A stretch of DNA of 64,000 bases from Andalucia godoyi And28 (lineage: Eukaryota; Protista; Jakobida), in assembly GCA_009859145.1 (NCBI GenBank), contig VRVR01000042.1:1-64000 (forward strand), in the 5' to 3' direction. The notes under the pieces were generated by a model. That model ran no database searches. It was not told the DNA's origin and was given only the letters and a program-made list of their open reading frames with translations. Below, piece after piece: positions 38,438 to 50,111 of this stretch (positions are counted from its first letter, which is position 1; each line of letters starts with the position of its first letter). Position numbers and translations under genes: made by a program.

Positions 38438-39673
38438 CCTACTCAGGAGCTTTTCAAAATATTATGCAAGATTCTCGGGGGGGGGGGGGGGGAAGCGCGT
38501 GAGAAGGACAGAAGAAGATGGCGATGATGATGAAAACGGGGCAGAAGCGAAAGCGAGGACTTGGCTGTGGGCGCGCTGTGCTGTGCTTTTTAGCGTCTCT
38601 TATTCTCCTCCCCGTTTTCAAGAGCGCATGCAGGTTGAAACAACGAACATGCAGTTGACGTTCGGCGTTCCGGTGGCAAATCATGCCCAGTCGCCGTCCC
38701 CCCCTCACCAAAAGGGAAAAGGCAAACAAGAAAATGTGGTGAAACATCACCACGGACGAAAAGGATTTTATAGCGGCAAACGCACTCCAGAATGAAATGG
38801 ACTTCCCTTATGAAGAAGTTTCGCGGGGAAATGCTTGTCCAAATGTAATGTAAAACAGCGATGGTTCCGAGCAGACGGCCGCTACCGTCTTGCTGGGACT
38901 CGTCACTGCGCTGTCAAACCCGCCATCGCAATTCCTCTTTAAAGACAAGTAGACGTCCGTGCAGAACACGGAGCCCGGGTGCTGTTGAGACATTGCGGTC
39001 CCGGAAAACGAGTCTGCCTGGACACGCGAGGCGGGGGCCACCTCACGGAGAAGAAAGGCGACCCTTCATGTTTTTTGATTTTGGAACCCTCGTCGGAGCA
39101 CGCGAAGCCGACAAGACCGACGGAGGGATGACCAAAGGAAAAAAAAAAAAGAGAGAAAGCGGCGGGCGGGTTTCTCGTCGATTTTCGAACAAGGGCAACA
39201 AGAAGAGGAAGAGGAAGAAGAAGAAAACGAGGAAAACCTCGAGCTTTTCAGCCCAGTGACCGCCCAACGAATTGTGTAGTGTGAACAAACCGAATTTCAC
39301 GCACCCAAAGGAGGAAAGCAGCCACCAAAGCATCTGAAGGCCGATGCATCGAATGCCTTGACGCCCTGCTTGTGCCCGCATCTGCGTCTCGTTTGGGCAA
39401 GGACCAGGGGAGGTCTTTGCCGTCTGCAGTGAGCTGGAAACTTTTGCAACGCTGTAAAATATAAATATATAGATGTAAAATCATTTTTAAAATGGCGTCC
39501 AACGAAGGTACGTTTCATAGCATGAAAAGCTTATGAGTGCATGGTCGATCAAAAAGAGATCGAGGAGACAGTTTCTTTCCAGCAATAAAAAGAGATTCAA
39601 ATTTAAACAAGGGCTGTTATTTCGCAGTTTGATTTATTTATGCTTCATTGATTTTAAAACAGTGTAAAGGAAC

Positions 39674-39980
39674 AAACGGTTGACAGCTTTGTGTGTCAAC
39701 GTTGAACATCAAACAGTACGATTGTCTTGCAGTAGTCAAGTCCAGTATTTCTTCATTCTTTACTTTTTTCATCATTCTATTCTTTTCTGTATGGTTGTGT
39801 TTTCTATCATCGAGCCCTCAAGCAGCATCGCATTAGAGACAAAACATCCCATGGCTCCAAAGAGGGATCTTCCCAACAAACCCCCACCGGCCATGCCCGA
39901 AGATAGCAGGAACCAAGAAACTCGTCGGAGGCGGGGAGCAGCAAGAAGCAGCGATGGCCCTTTGATGCAGAGCAATCTGC
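39674..39980 (+). repeat. Dispersed repeat A, copy 2 (diverged)
   Basis: Shares AACGGTTGA, CATCAAACA, CTCAAGCAGCA, AGAGACAAAACATC.CATGGCTCCAAAGAGGGATCTTCCCA, TCGTCGGAGGCGG and TTTGATGCAGAGCAATCTG with the other copies. Confidence 0.9.
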
Positions 39981-40057
39981 ACTGTTGCGTGAGGATCAAG
40001 GAAGAAAACTTTAGAGAGGGAAAAAAAAAAGAGAAAGTGAGTGAGAAAAAAAGGAAG

Positions 40058-40158
40058 CGACACGAACAGGATTCGAACCTGCGCGGGAAATCCCAATTGA
40101 TATACTCGGACAATTCAGTCGTTCGAGTCAAACGCCTTAACCGCTCGGCCATCGTGTC
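40058..40158 (-). tRNA. trnS-CGA: tRNA-Ser(CGA) with a 20-nt intron (40102-40121) at position 37/38
   Basis: GACACGA/TCGTGTC acceptor plus G73; TGGCCGAGCGGTTAAGG A-box; CT-CGA-A anticodon loop; long variable arm; GGTTCGAATCC T-loop; T7 Pol III terminator 5 nt downstream (40046-40052). Confidence 0.95.
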
Positions 40159-40285
40159 TCCACAACATCCGTTGGATTTTTAAACACTCACTATTCTTCT
40201 CCAGTCCTCCTGTTATTCCGATCAATGCGTCGGTACAGCAGGCGGCCCCAGTTCGTAGAACCATAAATTTTTTGCATAGCCCAAC

Positions 40286-40337
40286 AACCCAAAACGTCTG
40301 GTGGACGGCAGTGAAACATCATCGGATAGTGTGGCTG
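40286..40337. repeat. Dispersed repeat B, copy 2
   Basis: Matches 31164-31214. Confidence 0.7.
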
Positions 40338-40422
40338 CTGAAGGTGTGCAGACCGAGGCCCAATGAGGCACTGTTGAATATTGGCAACTGATTCTTTGTG
40401 ATCGATGATTCCTCCGCCGCGG

Positions 40423-40423
<1 letters not shown>

Positions 40424-40507
<84 letters not shown>

Positions 40508-40526
40508 GTCTGTCTGTCTGTGTGTG
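40424..40526. repeat. (CT)n followed by (TCTG)n/(TG)n compound microsatellite
   Basis: Directly visible. Confidence 0.95.
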
Positions 40527-40935
40527 GCGCACACCATTTGCCAATCAACAAAATAAATACAACATCTGCTCGATTGTAATGGAGAAAACAGAGAATGAAA
40601 GATCGAGAGAGGGAAAGAACAAGTGGATTAAAATGCGGAATGGCAATAAAAGAAGCGTGTTGAAATCCCTAGTTGTCTCCTGGTTCCCAAGGTCCAAATG
40701 GTTTTAACGAATGCAATCACTGATCAGCTAGAGAGTTCTGAACAGGAAAATAGGATGATTCTGTCTTTTGGGGTGCGCAGACGCACGGATGTCCCACTCA
40801 AAAGGGGAATTTCATTGGATGGGCGCTGATGCGGATTGTAAAAGTCACTTTACGCCAATAATCTGTTTTTGAGGCGCAGCATGCGAGCCAAATGTTTGGA
40901 GAGAGGTTTTGGGTGGGAGGGCAGTACCGAAATCA

Positions 40936-41711
40936 TTACTCCTTGACTCGTTCGGAGATGTCGGCAATGAGCTTCCTGTGCTCAGGCCACAACAAGTGGG
41001 CGTTTTCATGCAGAAGGACCCGCCGCATCATCTCCCTTGTTTCTGCACCATACCGCCGCGTGAACTCCATGGACATGCCATGGACATCCGAGACGTTGTC
41101 GAGCCGATCGCAAAGCTTGATCAAGAGTGCGATTGCCGCCAGTGGATCTGCAAACTCGGAAAGAAGCCCCTCGAGCTTGCGGCTCATGTACTCGGTTTTT
41201 CCAAGGGCCGTTTTCGCAGCCTCGTCGTTCGTTAGCTTCGTCACAAGCGTAAGCACCGTCGTGGATGGTCCCGTGACACGCAAAACGTCAGCGGATGTCA
41301 CTGCAGTGTCTTCGAGAGTGTCGTGAAGCAGCGCCGCTCGCAGCGAATCTTCAAAGAACATGCGCATCGCTTCTTCTTTTTCTTCTCTCGTCATTGTCAT
41401 TGTCAAGAAATAACGGCGGTTAACATACAGGGCTGCAACTTGAAGGGTTCATTGGTGCAATCAGAGAGTGACGTACGAGGAAAGTGGAGCGCAACGAGAA
41501 CAGCGACTCGGAGCGGATGGACCACGTACGGCGCACCGGATCGTCGAAACTGGTTTGCACGAGCATGTGCTTCGCGGGCAAGCTCATAGCATGCAGCAAG
41601 ACCCGAGAGTCCGTCGTCCGTCGTCAGAGAGATCTGCGAAGCCAGATACGCACGGCCGACAGCTGTCGACTCGATCGCAGCAGTCAGATCTCCCGGGAAA
41701 CTCGGATCCAT
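40936..41711 (-). CDS. RelA/SpoT-type HD hydrolase (MESH1/small alarmone hydrolase-like), split over two frames
   Basis: ORF 41403-41711: AREAH..QFRRSGAPYVVHPLRV. ORF 40936-41406: AALLHDTLEDT, LVTKLT, IKLCDRLDN. The junction needs an intron or a -1 shift. Confidence 0.85.
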
Positions 41712-42261
41712 GGAAAGTGGAGGGAGGTAATTTATTTAATTAAATAATATTTTTAAAAAAAATAGCGCTGCTGCACGGACCCGAATTGGCTGAGTTGAAA
41801 GAAGGCAGAAAGAAACAGCCAAACACGGAAAAAACGCGCGCTCCATCTAGATCGAACACTTGACCTCTACTGAACGTTCGATTGACTCAAATAGAAAAAC
41901 TACTGTACGGAATCCAGCGATCAAATCACCCGGGAAAAGAGTGGCAAAATTATTTTTTTTCTGGAAACATGAAAGGAAATATCACAGCGCCTCAAGTCCC
42001 ACCAACCCACTACGCAAAAAATTAAACACAAAAAATCCTTTTCAAAAGAATAAGCTCAGTCTGCCCAATATATATTTGTATTCCTCGTTTGTTTTTGTTG
42101 TCTTTCTTTTTCAACTATTTTATTTAGTATTGTAATAACATCTTTAGATTTTTGACTTTTGTTTTTATTTATTTATATATTTTTATTATCTATATATATA
42201 TTATTGTTATCATTATTATTTATATTTTATTATTTTTTTCTTAAAAACAGCTGTTTTGTAC

Positions 42262-45200
42262 ATGACGATTACGGTTCATGTGGCGTCGGATTGTTTCCGG
42301 GCGACAGTTCCTACGTCGCACACGCTGTCTTCGTTCGTGTCTTATTTGGCGACGACGACCGCGCAGCTGTACGCGTCGTTTTCGGTGGTGCTGAGGACGC
42401 ATGAAGGACAGAAAAACTCGGAGCTGGCGCATGAGATGATGCGGTCAGTGACGGCCATCGAGACGTCGCGGGCTGTGCTGACGGACCTGCTTGCTAAGCT
42501 CGGGCGGCTCAAGGAGCTGCGAAGGGAGATTGCAGCCGGGCTGTCTTCCTCGACTGTTTCGCCCATGCATCAGAAGTTCACTACGACGGCGACGACCATG
42601 GCATCACCGTCTTACAGTGCGCTGTTTGCTGGAGCTGGCGGGATGATGCACGACCACTCGATGATGGGCGTTGCGGACGACGTGTATGCATTCGAGGGCG
42701 ATTTTCGAGGGATCCTGCAGGTCACCGGTGGCTTGTACTCGGATCTTTCCGAGTCGTTGCGGTCGTTTGCGCCCGATGAACCACACTCTTCGCTTTGGTA
42801 CTTCATGAATGAAAAGGCCATTCGGAAGAGAATCGTCCCACCCACGAGAAAACTGGAAGGAATCGCCGTGCTGTTGGAGCTGTGTACGCAAATCTGTGCT
42901 CGACTGCAACTCAATCTGCAGCCGATTCCTATTCCGATTACGAATCCTGCTTCTTCTGCATCAGCAGTCGCTGCGGGAGCCGGGGCGGTAGGGGCCTCTG
43001 GAAATCTTGCGAGCAGTGGAACGGAGATTGCCTACTCGTACGCACATGTGGACTTAGATGCGCCGTTTGCCTTTGGAGAACCATCAAGAGTCGATGTGAT
43101 CATGCCGAGGATTCATCTTGCCGAGCACTTGGCGACCCCAGGCCTGCATTACGACGGAAAACTGAGGTCCGTCATGGAGCTCTTGGTACAGGTTACTGCC
43201 GCGTGTGCGTCGTCGCATCATGCAAAGAACTCGTTTACACGATCTTCGCTTTGGTCGTTTTCAAACATGTACTATGCGCTGATGCCGCAGAAAAAGGCTG
43301 CTGAAAAGGTTGTGGAGTTCTTTAAGCATGTGGCCGTACCGTCCGGAAGAGCCGTGTGGGACCTTACCGATTTGAACACCATGGTGCGCGCCGTAACGAT
43401 GATTTCAAATCCTTCAATCAAGACGTCGATTTGCTTTTCAATTCCTCACCAACATGGAAGTAAGTCGTATAGAAGGCAGAGCATGTGTGCGTCGGATATG
43501 TCGTCAAGGCTCCAGGAAGAGGACCACTTGATGGACGGCAACGACGAAATGGACGACGTGGAAAGTCGCGACGGCGGAAGAAGCATCGGCAGCAACAGCA
43601 ACAGCAACAGCAACAGAAGACGGAGGATCACTGGTGCCGGTAGAATGACGACGAGTGGCGGCAGCATGTCTGCGTACGAAGAGGAAGATTATGCTGCAGA
43701 TGAAGCTGAGGAACTTCGAGATGAAAACGGTGCTGCTGTGGAGGACGAGGAAGAGGAGGACGATGGATATTTTACGCCACCGCATTCTCCACTTCGAAAA
43801 TCGGTGTTTCAAGAGTCTTTCCCGCCTTTGCCGCAAGCGTACCGAGATCTTCCTTCGTCTTCAAAACGCATCTTTCTGCGGCTCGTGTCGCCATTCAAAC
43901 ATACCAGGCTGGGGCTGCAAAAGTCGTGGATTGGATCCACGGAAAAGACGTGGGCAGCAACACACGGCTCGGAAGTCATTATCCCCATCACGGCTCCCAA
44001 CAGTGCTGCGTCTGCAGGCGGCGTTGGAACTCTCATCATGCAGCATTTGAATTGTATGGCTCCCGCAGCAGATGCTCTCGGAGACGTGACCGATGACGAA
44101 AGCTCGGCTTCGATGCGCCGCGACTATATTTCGTCTTCCACAGATCGCGACGAGTCGGTCTCCGATCTTGCCCAAGCCGGTGCACAGCAATTGGACCCGG
44201 CACACAAGGCCCATCTCAAGACGCACGTTGAACGAGCCCCGGGTGTTTCTTCTTCTTCCCCAGTGTCCCCTACCACTGCCACGGCCGCCTCCACCTCCAC
44301 GACCACCACCTCCCCATCCCCCAGCAACACCACAACGCACCAGGACCGTGGCCGTCATGCAACGGCTGGTGCAAACTCGGGCTTCTCTTCTGCAGCAACT
44401 TCGCCGAATCAGCGGAAATCAAGGTCGATGTCAAAGAAAGCTGGTGATGCAGACGACGAGTTTTTGGATGCCGTGTCGTATGCTCAAGTCCCGGAACACG
44501 GCGATCCGTTGGACGGCGGGCGTGAAACGGATGAAGAAACATCACATTCAGTCCGTCCACAGCTGAGCGGATCTTCACAGAGTTCGTCGTCGGCATCTTC
44601 GTTTCCACCTTTGAGCGCTGGAAGCATGAATGGAAGTGCCGGAACCTCGATTGGCGGTCACAAGCACCAGCACCAACATGCAGCGTCGTCGTCTCTGCAG
44701 AATCAGCAGCATCACTCGGCCTCCAGCCATCCTCTTCGCCCCGTTCCGATGGGCATGCTACCGCGGAGCTCGTCCAGCCTGTATGAAATCAATCGGTCCG
44801 ACTCCGAGCTGTCTTTCCGAGTACCGCATCCCAGCCAAAAGCAGCACGTGTATGAATCGGATTTCTTGATTGTGCACATCCACGGTGGTGGGTTCATCTC
44901 CATGTCGTCCTTTTCACACGAGTGCTACACGCGGTCATGGGCGAACTTGTCGAGTGCCCCGGTGGTGAGCATCGACTACCGCGTTGCTCCAGAGTACCCG
45001 TATCCGGTTCCCGTGGACGAGTGCTTCTGCGCATACAAGTGGATTGTTTCTCACGCGCACAAGTTGAATTCCAAAGCGCGACGCATTGTTCTTTGTGGAG
45101 ACTCGGCAGGTGGAAACCTTGCGTGTTGTGTTGTGCTGCGGTGCATTGCAGAAGGCATTCGCGTTCCGGATGCCCTGGTCCTTTCCTATCCTGCAATGCT

Positions 45201-45900
45201 GCTTACCGACACTCCCTCTGCAGCACGCGTCATGTCCATGATGGACCCCATGGTCAATTCGGCATTTCTTGTGCTTTGCCAGCAGTCCTACATGAAGGAG
45301 ATGCCTCTTTCCGAGCGGATGAAGCCGTACTGCTCGCCGTTCGCCTGTGATGACGCATCGCTTTCACGGTTTCCTCGGACGCTGATCCACTGCGGAAGCT
45401 GCGATCCGCTGTTTGACGACTCCCTTGCGTTGTGGCGCCGGATGGAGCGACTGGGCTGCAACGTCCATTTTGACGTTGTCGACGGCCTTGGCCACGGGCA
45501 TCTGAATCTGCAGTCCCAAATCCCAGAGTCGAAGAAGGCAGTCATTCGGATCGGCGAGTGGATCCGCTCTGTGTTCCAAGAGTCCATTTCCGACGTCGCC
45601 AGCTCTGCATCATCCATGTCGAATGTCGAATTACAACAGCTGCGCCCGCAGCAGCGCATCAACACGAGCGGTGCAAATGGCGGCAGCAACTCGAAACCTG
45701 TGCCGTCGCTGCTCAAAAACAAGAAGCTCGACTTTGATGTTCAGCAGCAGCCGCGCGCTCGCTACCCCGGACTCGTCTCGTCGGACGGTGAAGCCGAAAA
45801 CTCTGCCGACGAAACCGATGCACATATCACCCGACGCCTGGTGGAAGAAGCTGCCCTTCGTCTTGGCTCCTCTTCCTCCCTCAAGGACTCTCCCGTCTAG
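42262..45900 (+). CDS. Hormone-sensitive lipase-like alpha/beta hydrolase
   Basis: HIHGGGF, SIDYRVAPEYPYP, GDSAGGNL, DPLFDDS, GHGHL; long N-terminal extension with low-complexity inserts. Confidence 0.92.
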   Translation: MTITVHVASDCFRATVPTSHTLSSFVSYLATTTAQLYASFSVVLRTHEGQKNSELAHEMMRSVTAIETSRAVLTDLLAKLGRLKELRREIAAGLSSSTVSPMHQKFTTTATTMASPSYSALFAGAGGMMHDHSMMGVADDVYAFEGDFRGILQVTGGLYSDLSESLRSFAPDEPHSSLWYFMNEKAIRKRIVPPTRKLEGIAVLLELCTQICARLQLNLQPIPIPITNPASSASAVAAGAGAVGASGNLASSGTEIAYSYAHVDLDAPFAFGEPSRVDVIMPRIHLAEHLATPGLHYDGKLRSVMELLVQVTAACASSHHAKNSFTRSSLWSFSNMYYALMPQKKAAEKVVEFFKHVAVPSGRAVWDLTDLNTMVRAVTMISNPSIKTSICFSIPHQHGSKSYRRQSMCASDMSSRLQEEDHLMDGNDEMDDVESRDGGRSIGSNSNSNSNRRRRITGAGRMTTSGGSMSAYEEEDYAADEAEELRDENGAAVEDEEEEDDGYFTPPHSPLRKSVFQESFPPLPQAYRDLPSSSKRIFLRLVSPFKHTRLGLQKSWIGSTEKTWAATHGSEVIIPITAPNSAASAGGVGTLIMQHLNCMAPAADALGDVTDDESSASMRRDYISSSTDRDESVSDLAQAGAQQLDPAHKAHLKTHVERAPGVSSSSPVSPTTATAASTSTTTTSPSPSNTTTHQDRGRHATAGANSGFSSAATSPNQRKSRSMSKKAGDADDEFLDAVSYAQVPEHGDPLDGGRETDEETSHSVRPQLSGSSQSSSSASSFPPLSAGSMNGSAGTSIGGHKHQHQHAASSSLQNQQHHSASSHPLRPVPMGMLPRSSSSLYEINRSDSELSFRVPHPSQKQHVYESDFLIVHIHGGGFISMSSFSHECYTRSWANLSSAPVVSIDYRVAPEYPYPVPVDECFCAYKWIVSHAHKLNSKARRIVLCGDSAGGNLACCVVLRCIAEGIRVPDALVLSYPAMLLTDTPSAARVMSMMDPMVNSAFLVLCQQSYMKEMPLSERMKPYCSPFACDDASLSRFPRTLIHCGSCDPLFDDSLALWRRMERLGCNVHFDVVDGLGHGHLNLQSQIPESKKAVIRIGEWIRSVFQESISDVASSASSMSNVELQQLRPQQRINTSGANGGSNSKPVPSLLKNKKLDFDVQQQPRARYPGLVSSDGEAENSADETDAHITRRLVEEAALRLGSSSSLKDSPV

Positions 45901-46278
45901 CAGGAACTGCGTGGGTTTGCGTAATCCGTAATGCATGGATGTTTTTGTTTGCTTTTTTCCCCTCCCTTCGTGTCTGCACAGGAAACCGAATTCAATTGTC
46001 ACTAGATTGGAATTCATTGTACATTATGCCGCACCATCCCCGCTCCCTCGCCCGTGCTTCTATCCTTCTTGTGTGTCATTCGTCCTCGTGAATCAGGCAC
46101 AGCAGCACATCATATTCTGGTTCTTCTCAGTTTCTGGTCTCCTCTTCTTCATCTTCTTCTTTTCTTTTCTTTTTGTTGTTGTTTTTTTTTTGTTTTGTTT
46201 TGTTTTGTTTTTGTTGATTTCCCCTCTCTTGTTTGTCTTTGGGAGGTGTGTGGTGTGCGGTGTAGTGGTGTGGGTTCT

Positions 46279-46878
46279 TCAAGCCTCGTCTGTGCGGTAT
46301 CCAAGGGTGGAGCGGGGTCTCCCGAGATCGCGATCTGCCGCATCGAATGGATTTGCAGTTCCAAAGTATACTGAGCTTTTCGCGAGTTCTGCCTTGATCA
46401 AGTCTCGCTTTTGCTTCGTGATGATTTCGACCTTGTTTCTCTCTCGGATGATCTCTGCCGCCGACCTCTTCACCGATCTTGTCGCCGTTGTGGACAACAA
46501 GCATCCACCACCACCCGACATCTCCGACAGCTCGTGGTCCATGCCAGACGTCGCCCCCATCGCACTCGGCGCCCTCGAACTCGGCAAAGTCCCCGAAGAA
46601 TGACCACCATCTGTCGTCCGCGCGTCCGCTGCAGAACTACAGCAAGCAGAAGACGAGTGGTTCGAAGCGAGCATCGACGACGACGTAGAATCAAGCAGCC
46701 GCGGCCGAGCTTGGTACGATTCCCAGAACCGCTCCACTCCAGTGTTCATCGAATGCTGCGTCGTGTGTCGTCGACCACGGTCCAGAGGGTCCATAAGCCC
46801 CGACTTCTGAGACCGGCCGTCAATCTTGATTGTGTTGTACGACGACGGAGTCCACGTACGCCGCATCGATCCAGACAT
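46279..46878 (-). CDS. Hypothetical protein (199 aa)
   Basis: ATG ORF; Ser-rich with a charged C-terminal helix. Confidence 0.65.
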   Translation of the reverse strand: MSGSMRRTWTPSSYNTIKIDGRSQKSGLMDPLDRGRRHTTQHSMNTGVERFWESYQARPRLLDSTSSSMLASNHSSSACCSSAADARTTDGGHSSGTLPSSRAPSAMGATSGMDHELSEMSGGGGCLLSTTATRSVKRSAAEIIRERNKVEIITKQKRDLIKAELAKSSVYFGTANPFDAADRDLGRPRSTLGYRTDEA

Positions 46879-47135
46879 TTTTTCCCGCGAACACCTCCTC
46901 CTCCTCTTCTTCTTCTTCTTTTTCTTCTTTTTAAAAAAGTATTAAAAATAATTCTGAATGATTAAAAAAAAAATCCTTTTTCAACCAAAAACCATTTTCT
47001 GAAAGAGACGACAATTCAGAAGGAAACGAACGGTTATAAACTGTGGGAATGTTCGGAAGAGAAAAGAGAGAACGAAGAGACGGGAAAAACATCCCTGTCG
47101 TAAACCATTTTGGTGAGAGAAAACCGTGATGTCCG

Positions 47136-47768
47136 TCAGAACTCCTTTTTGCAAACGTAAGCATAGTACGTCGGGGGAAGGTCGCCGGAGCGGTCGTCGG
47201 GGACAAATCCGGCTGGAAGTCCGGCAAGCAGAGCGCCGCCTTCGGGTCGTTGGAGGGTTTCGACTACGACTGACCAGCCGAACTGCGGGACTTTGAGGAT
47301 AGGGAGTCGGGCGTCTGGCATTGCGTGGGATATGCACAGAAACACGCCGCCCGGTTTGAGCACGCGCGCAAGGTGGCCGAGGACCACGGCCGCGCGCTCC
47401 TGGCCGCCTTCTCCGCACAGAATCGTGTCGATTGTTCCCTTGTCCAAAACCGCGTCGATCGATGTCGACGGGATCGAGAGAGAGGCAAGGTCCATCACAA
47501 GCCACTGTAGTCCTGGATGACGCTTCGACATCAGCTGAATGCACGTCCGCGAAAAATCAACTGACGTCAACTTGCTAAATCCGTCCGCGGCCAAATCGGA
47601 CGACAGCGTCGACGTCCCGCAACCAACTACGAGCGTCGAACCCGTCCGCGACACATGCTGCTCCACAAGATCCCGCAACGACCCCGCATACGTCACGTAC
47701 CAGTCAAATGCCTCTCCATCCCGCGCATACCGTTCATCCCAATACGACGAACTCGCATAATACGACAT
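47136..47768 (-). CDS. SAM-dependent methyltransferase (EEF1AKMT4/METTL13-N-like)
   Basis: YWDERY..FDWY, LVVGCGTSTLS, SVDFS, DAVLDKGTIDTILCG, RVLKPGGVF; ATG at 47768. Confidence 0.9.
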   Translation of the reverse strand: MSYYASSSYWDERYARDGEAFDWYVTYAGSLRDLVEQHVSRTGSTLVVGCGTSTLSSDLAADGFSKLTSVDFSRTCIQLMSKRHPGLQWLVMDLASLSIPSTSIDAVLDKGTIDTILCGEGGQERAAVVLGHLARVLKPGGVFLCISHAMPDARLPILKVPQFGWSVVVETLQRPEGGALLAGLPAGFVPDDRSGDLPPTYYAYVCKKEF

Positions 47769-48135
47769 TTCTCTTTCTTTCTTTCTTTCTTCTTTTTTCC
47801 CCCTCCCTGCAATGTTTTTCAAATTTATAATACCCTCTCTTTGTTTTGATTCTTCTTTTCCGACCGCACTCAGCAACAGACCAGACCACTTCGATGTTTT
47901 TCCGGGGCAATGCTCCGTCTTGAGCTGTGTGCATCAAGTGATGCAAGACCGACGTTTGCCGTCCACAGCTTGCCTTTGGCCAGCAGAACCAGCCCTTGAT
48001 GCATTGATGCAACGCATGTTCTGGCATGTTTCTTGGAACCCCGACGCCTCGGGTCTTTTCGTCGTCTCGGGGAGATTTTTGCGCATTCGAGAAACGACGG
48101 AGGCACGGACGGATGGAGGACGAGCACGAGAGAGA

Positions 48136-48447
48136 ATGAAAGGGAGCAAGTTTGTAAAGCAAGGGTTGCCGCTGATAGCGTTTGTGCTTGGGTCGTGTTA
48201 TGGCTTAGCGCAGATTGTGAGTCGTCGAAAGGCCGAGGATGACGAGCGGCAAGTCGTACGAGCGACGGAGACACGAGTTGCTGAGATTTCGCGACTACAG
48301 CAGCACGCAGGCGGGGGAGATGGAAAACCAAGGAAACTCTCGATCGAGGATGAGTACAAAAGACTCCAAGAGCGCATCCACTGGGACTCGGACAATTACA
48401 ACAACAACGTCCCGATTCCGAAACCAACAACTGCGAAACCGCTGTAA
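48136..48447 (+). CDS. COX16: Cytochrome c oxidase assembly protein COX16
   Basis: FVKQGLPLIAFVLGSCYGL...LSIEDEYKRL...VPIPKP; ATG at 48136. Confidence 0.8.
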   Translation: MKGSKFVKQGLPLIAFVLGSCYGLAQIVSRRKAEDDERQVVRATETRVAEISRLQQHAGGGDGKPRKLSIEDEYKRLQERIHWDSDNYNNNVPIPKPTTAKPL

Positions 48448-48659
48448 AAAAAAGGAACACTATACTACTGAAAGAGAGGAGGGAATCGCATGCTACTCTT
48501 GTCGAAGTTCGAGTATTCTCCAGCAATCATCACTCTTCTTTCGTCGACTTTTTATTTTCTCGGCTTCTTAATTTGTTTAATTGAATTATTTGTTATTTTT
48601 ATTTTATTTTATTTTATTTTTGGAATTCATAACAGCGGCAGCAAGGTAATATAGATCTC

Positions 48660-49437
48660 ATGTCGAATGCTGGTGGTAGCAGAGGTGGTGGTGGAGGTAG
48701 TGGTGATGGAGGTGATGGTGGTGGCATGTCGTCGTTGTCTGGGATGGTGTCGTCGCTGCCGCCAACGGTGGTCCGAATGGCAGGCTTGATGCTTGTTGTG
48801 TCGGTGAGTGCGATGATGTCGCCGTGGCTCTACGACCAGCTGGCGGTGTACCCCGTGGACGTGTTTCCGAGCGGGCATTTTGTATGGGCGTTTGTGACAT
48901 GCGGGATGGTGCATGCATCATTGCTGTCTATTGTGCTGGATGCGGTGGTGTTGGTGGCGGGCGGGCGGGTGCTGGACCAAGTATGGGCATCGAGCGGTGT
49001 GGTTGCGTTCATCGGGCTGACGAATGCAGTAGCTATGATGGCCACGACGCTGGTGCTTCTGGCCTCTGCCCCACATCGGATGCTGTTGATGCCGCTCGAT
49101 GGGCTGCTCGGGTTTTTCGGAGCTTTCACTGTCGTCATCAAGCAGAGATTCCCCGACACTCAGACGAAACTCTTCATGGTTTTCCCGATTCGCGCGGGGG
49201 CACTGCCTGTTTTGGCACTGGTTCTGACTCTCCTTCTCGGAATGGTCGCCGCCGCACCTGCCGTCCCGCTCGCTTGCTTCTTTGGGATTGCAGCCGGCTG
49301 GACATTCCTCCGCCATCTCCAAAAGCATCCCGATGGCTCCCGCGGCGACAAACTCAATCCTCATTTGGCAATCCTCGCCTTCCTCATCCCTCCTCCCCCC
49401 GGAACCCCCTCTACAGCCGTTTCCTACTCCTCCTCCG

Positions 49438-49474
<37 letters not shown>

Positions 49475-49949
49475 CTCCACAGCATCCTCCTTTCTCTTCT
49501 CCCGTCCTCTCAATGCTTCCTCACGCGCTGGTACGGCTGCTGGTGCTGCGCCTTCTCAGCCTCAGGCGATGATGACCGGTCGGGCACACACACTCGCCCA
49601 GTCCCAGCCCCAGTCCCAGTCCCAGCCCCACTTCCAGCCTCCTCCTTCCTTGCCTGCACAGTCTCCGTCATCGCCGGCCTCGGGCGACGCTGAGCGCCGA
49701 CGAGCACTTGCTCTCAAGGCTCTTGAACAACGGCTCAGTACGAACCCCAGCACGAACCTCAGCACGAACCTGAACTCGAGCGCTTCTTCTAACCTCAATT
49801 CGAAGAGCAGCCGCAGTAACATTCCGGGCGCAGAACACAGTCGAGAGGACGACGAGCTTTCGGAGCCCACGGAAGAGACTCGTTTGTTGGTGTTTGAATC
49901 GGACGATGAGGCGGACGTCGAAGCTCCCAAATCTTCACTCCGACGATAA
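48660..49949 (+). CDS. TMEM115: TMEM115/DUF1751 rhomboid-like membrane protein
   Basis: WAFVT, VIKQRFPD, FGIAAGWTFLRHLQ..GSRGD, and the C-terminal AERRRALALKALEQRL. Confidence 0.88.
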
Positions 49950-50111
49950 ACAGACAAGGAAATGGCCGTCCTCAAACAGCAGGAATTGTGAACAGAGAGG
50001 AAGCAAAATATTTTATTATTTTTTTATTATTATTTTATTATTATTATTATTTTATTTTTTTTTTACATGAACACAGAGAGGATAGGGTCCGTGTGTAGAA
50101 AAGGAGGAAGA

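Noticed and set aside
38490-38545. U3 snoRNA-like boxes (GCGTGA, TGATGA)
   Set aside because: Only short motifs in purine-rich triplet DNA; no box A/D or structure.
38808-39041. 77-aa ORF
   Set aside because: GTG start, only 61 aa from the first ATG, no recognisable motif; coding status is unsupported.
41403-41405. Selenocysteine or stop read-through in the HD gene
   Set aside because: The downstream half is in a different frame, so read-through cannot join the two.
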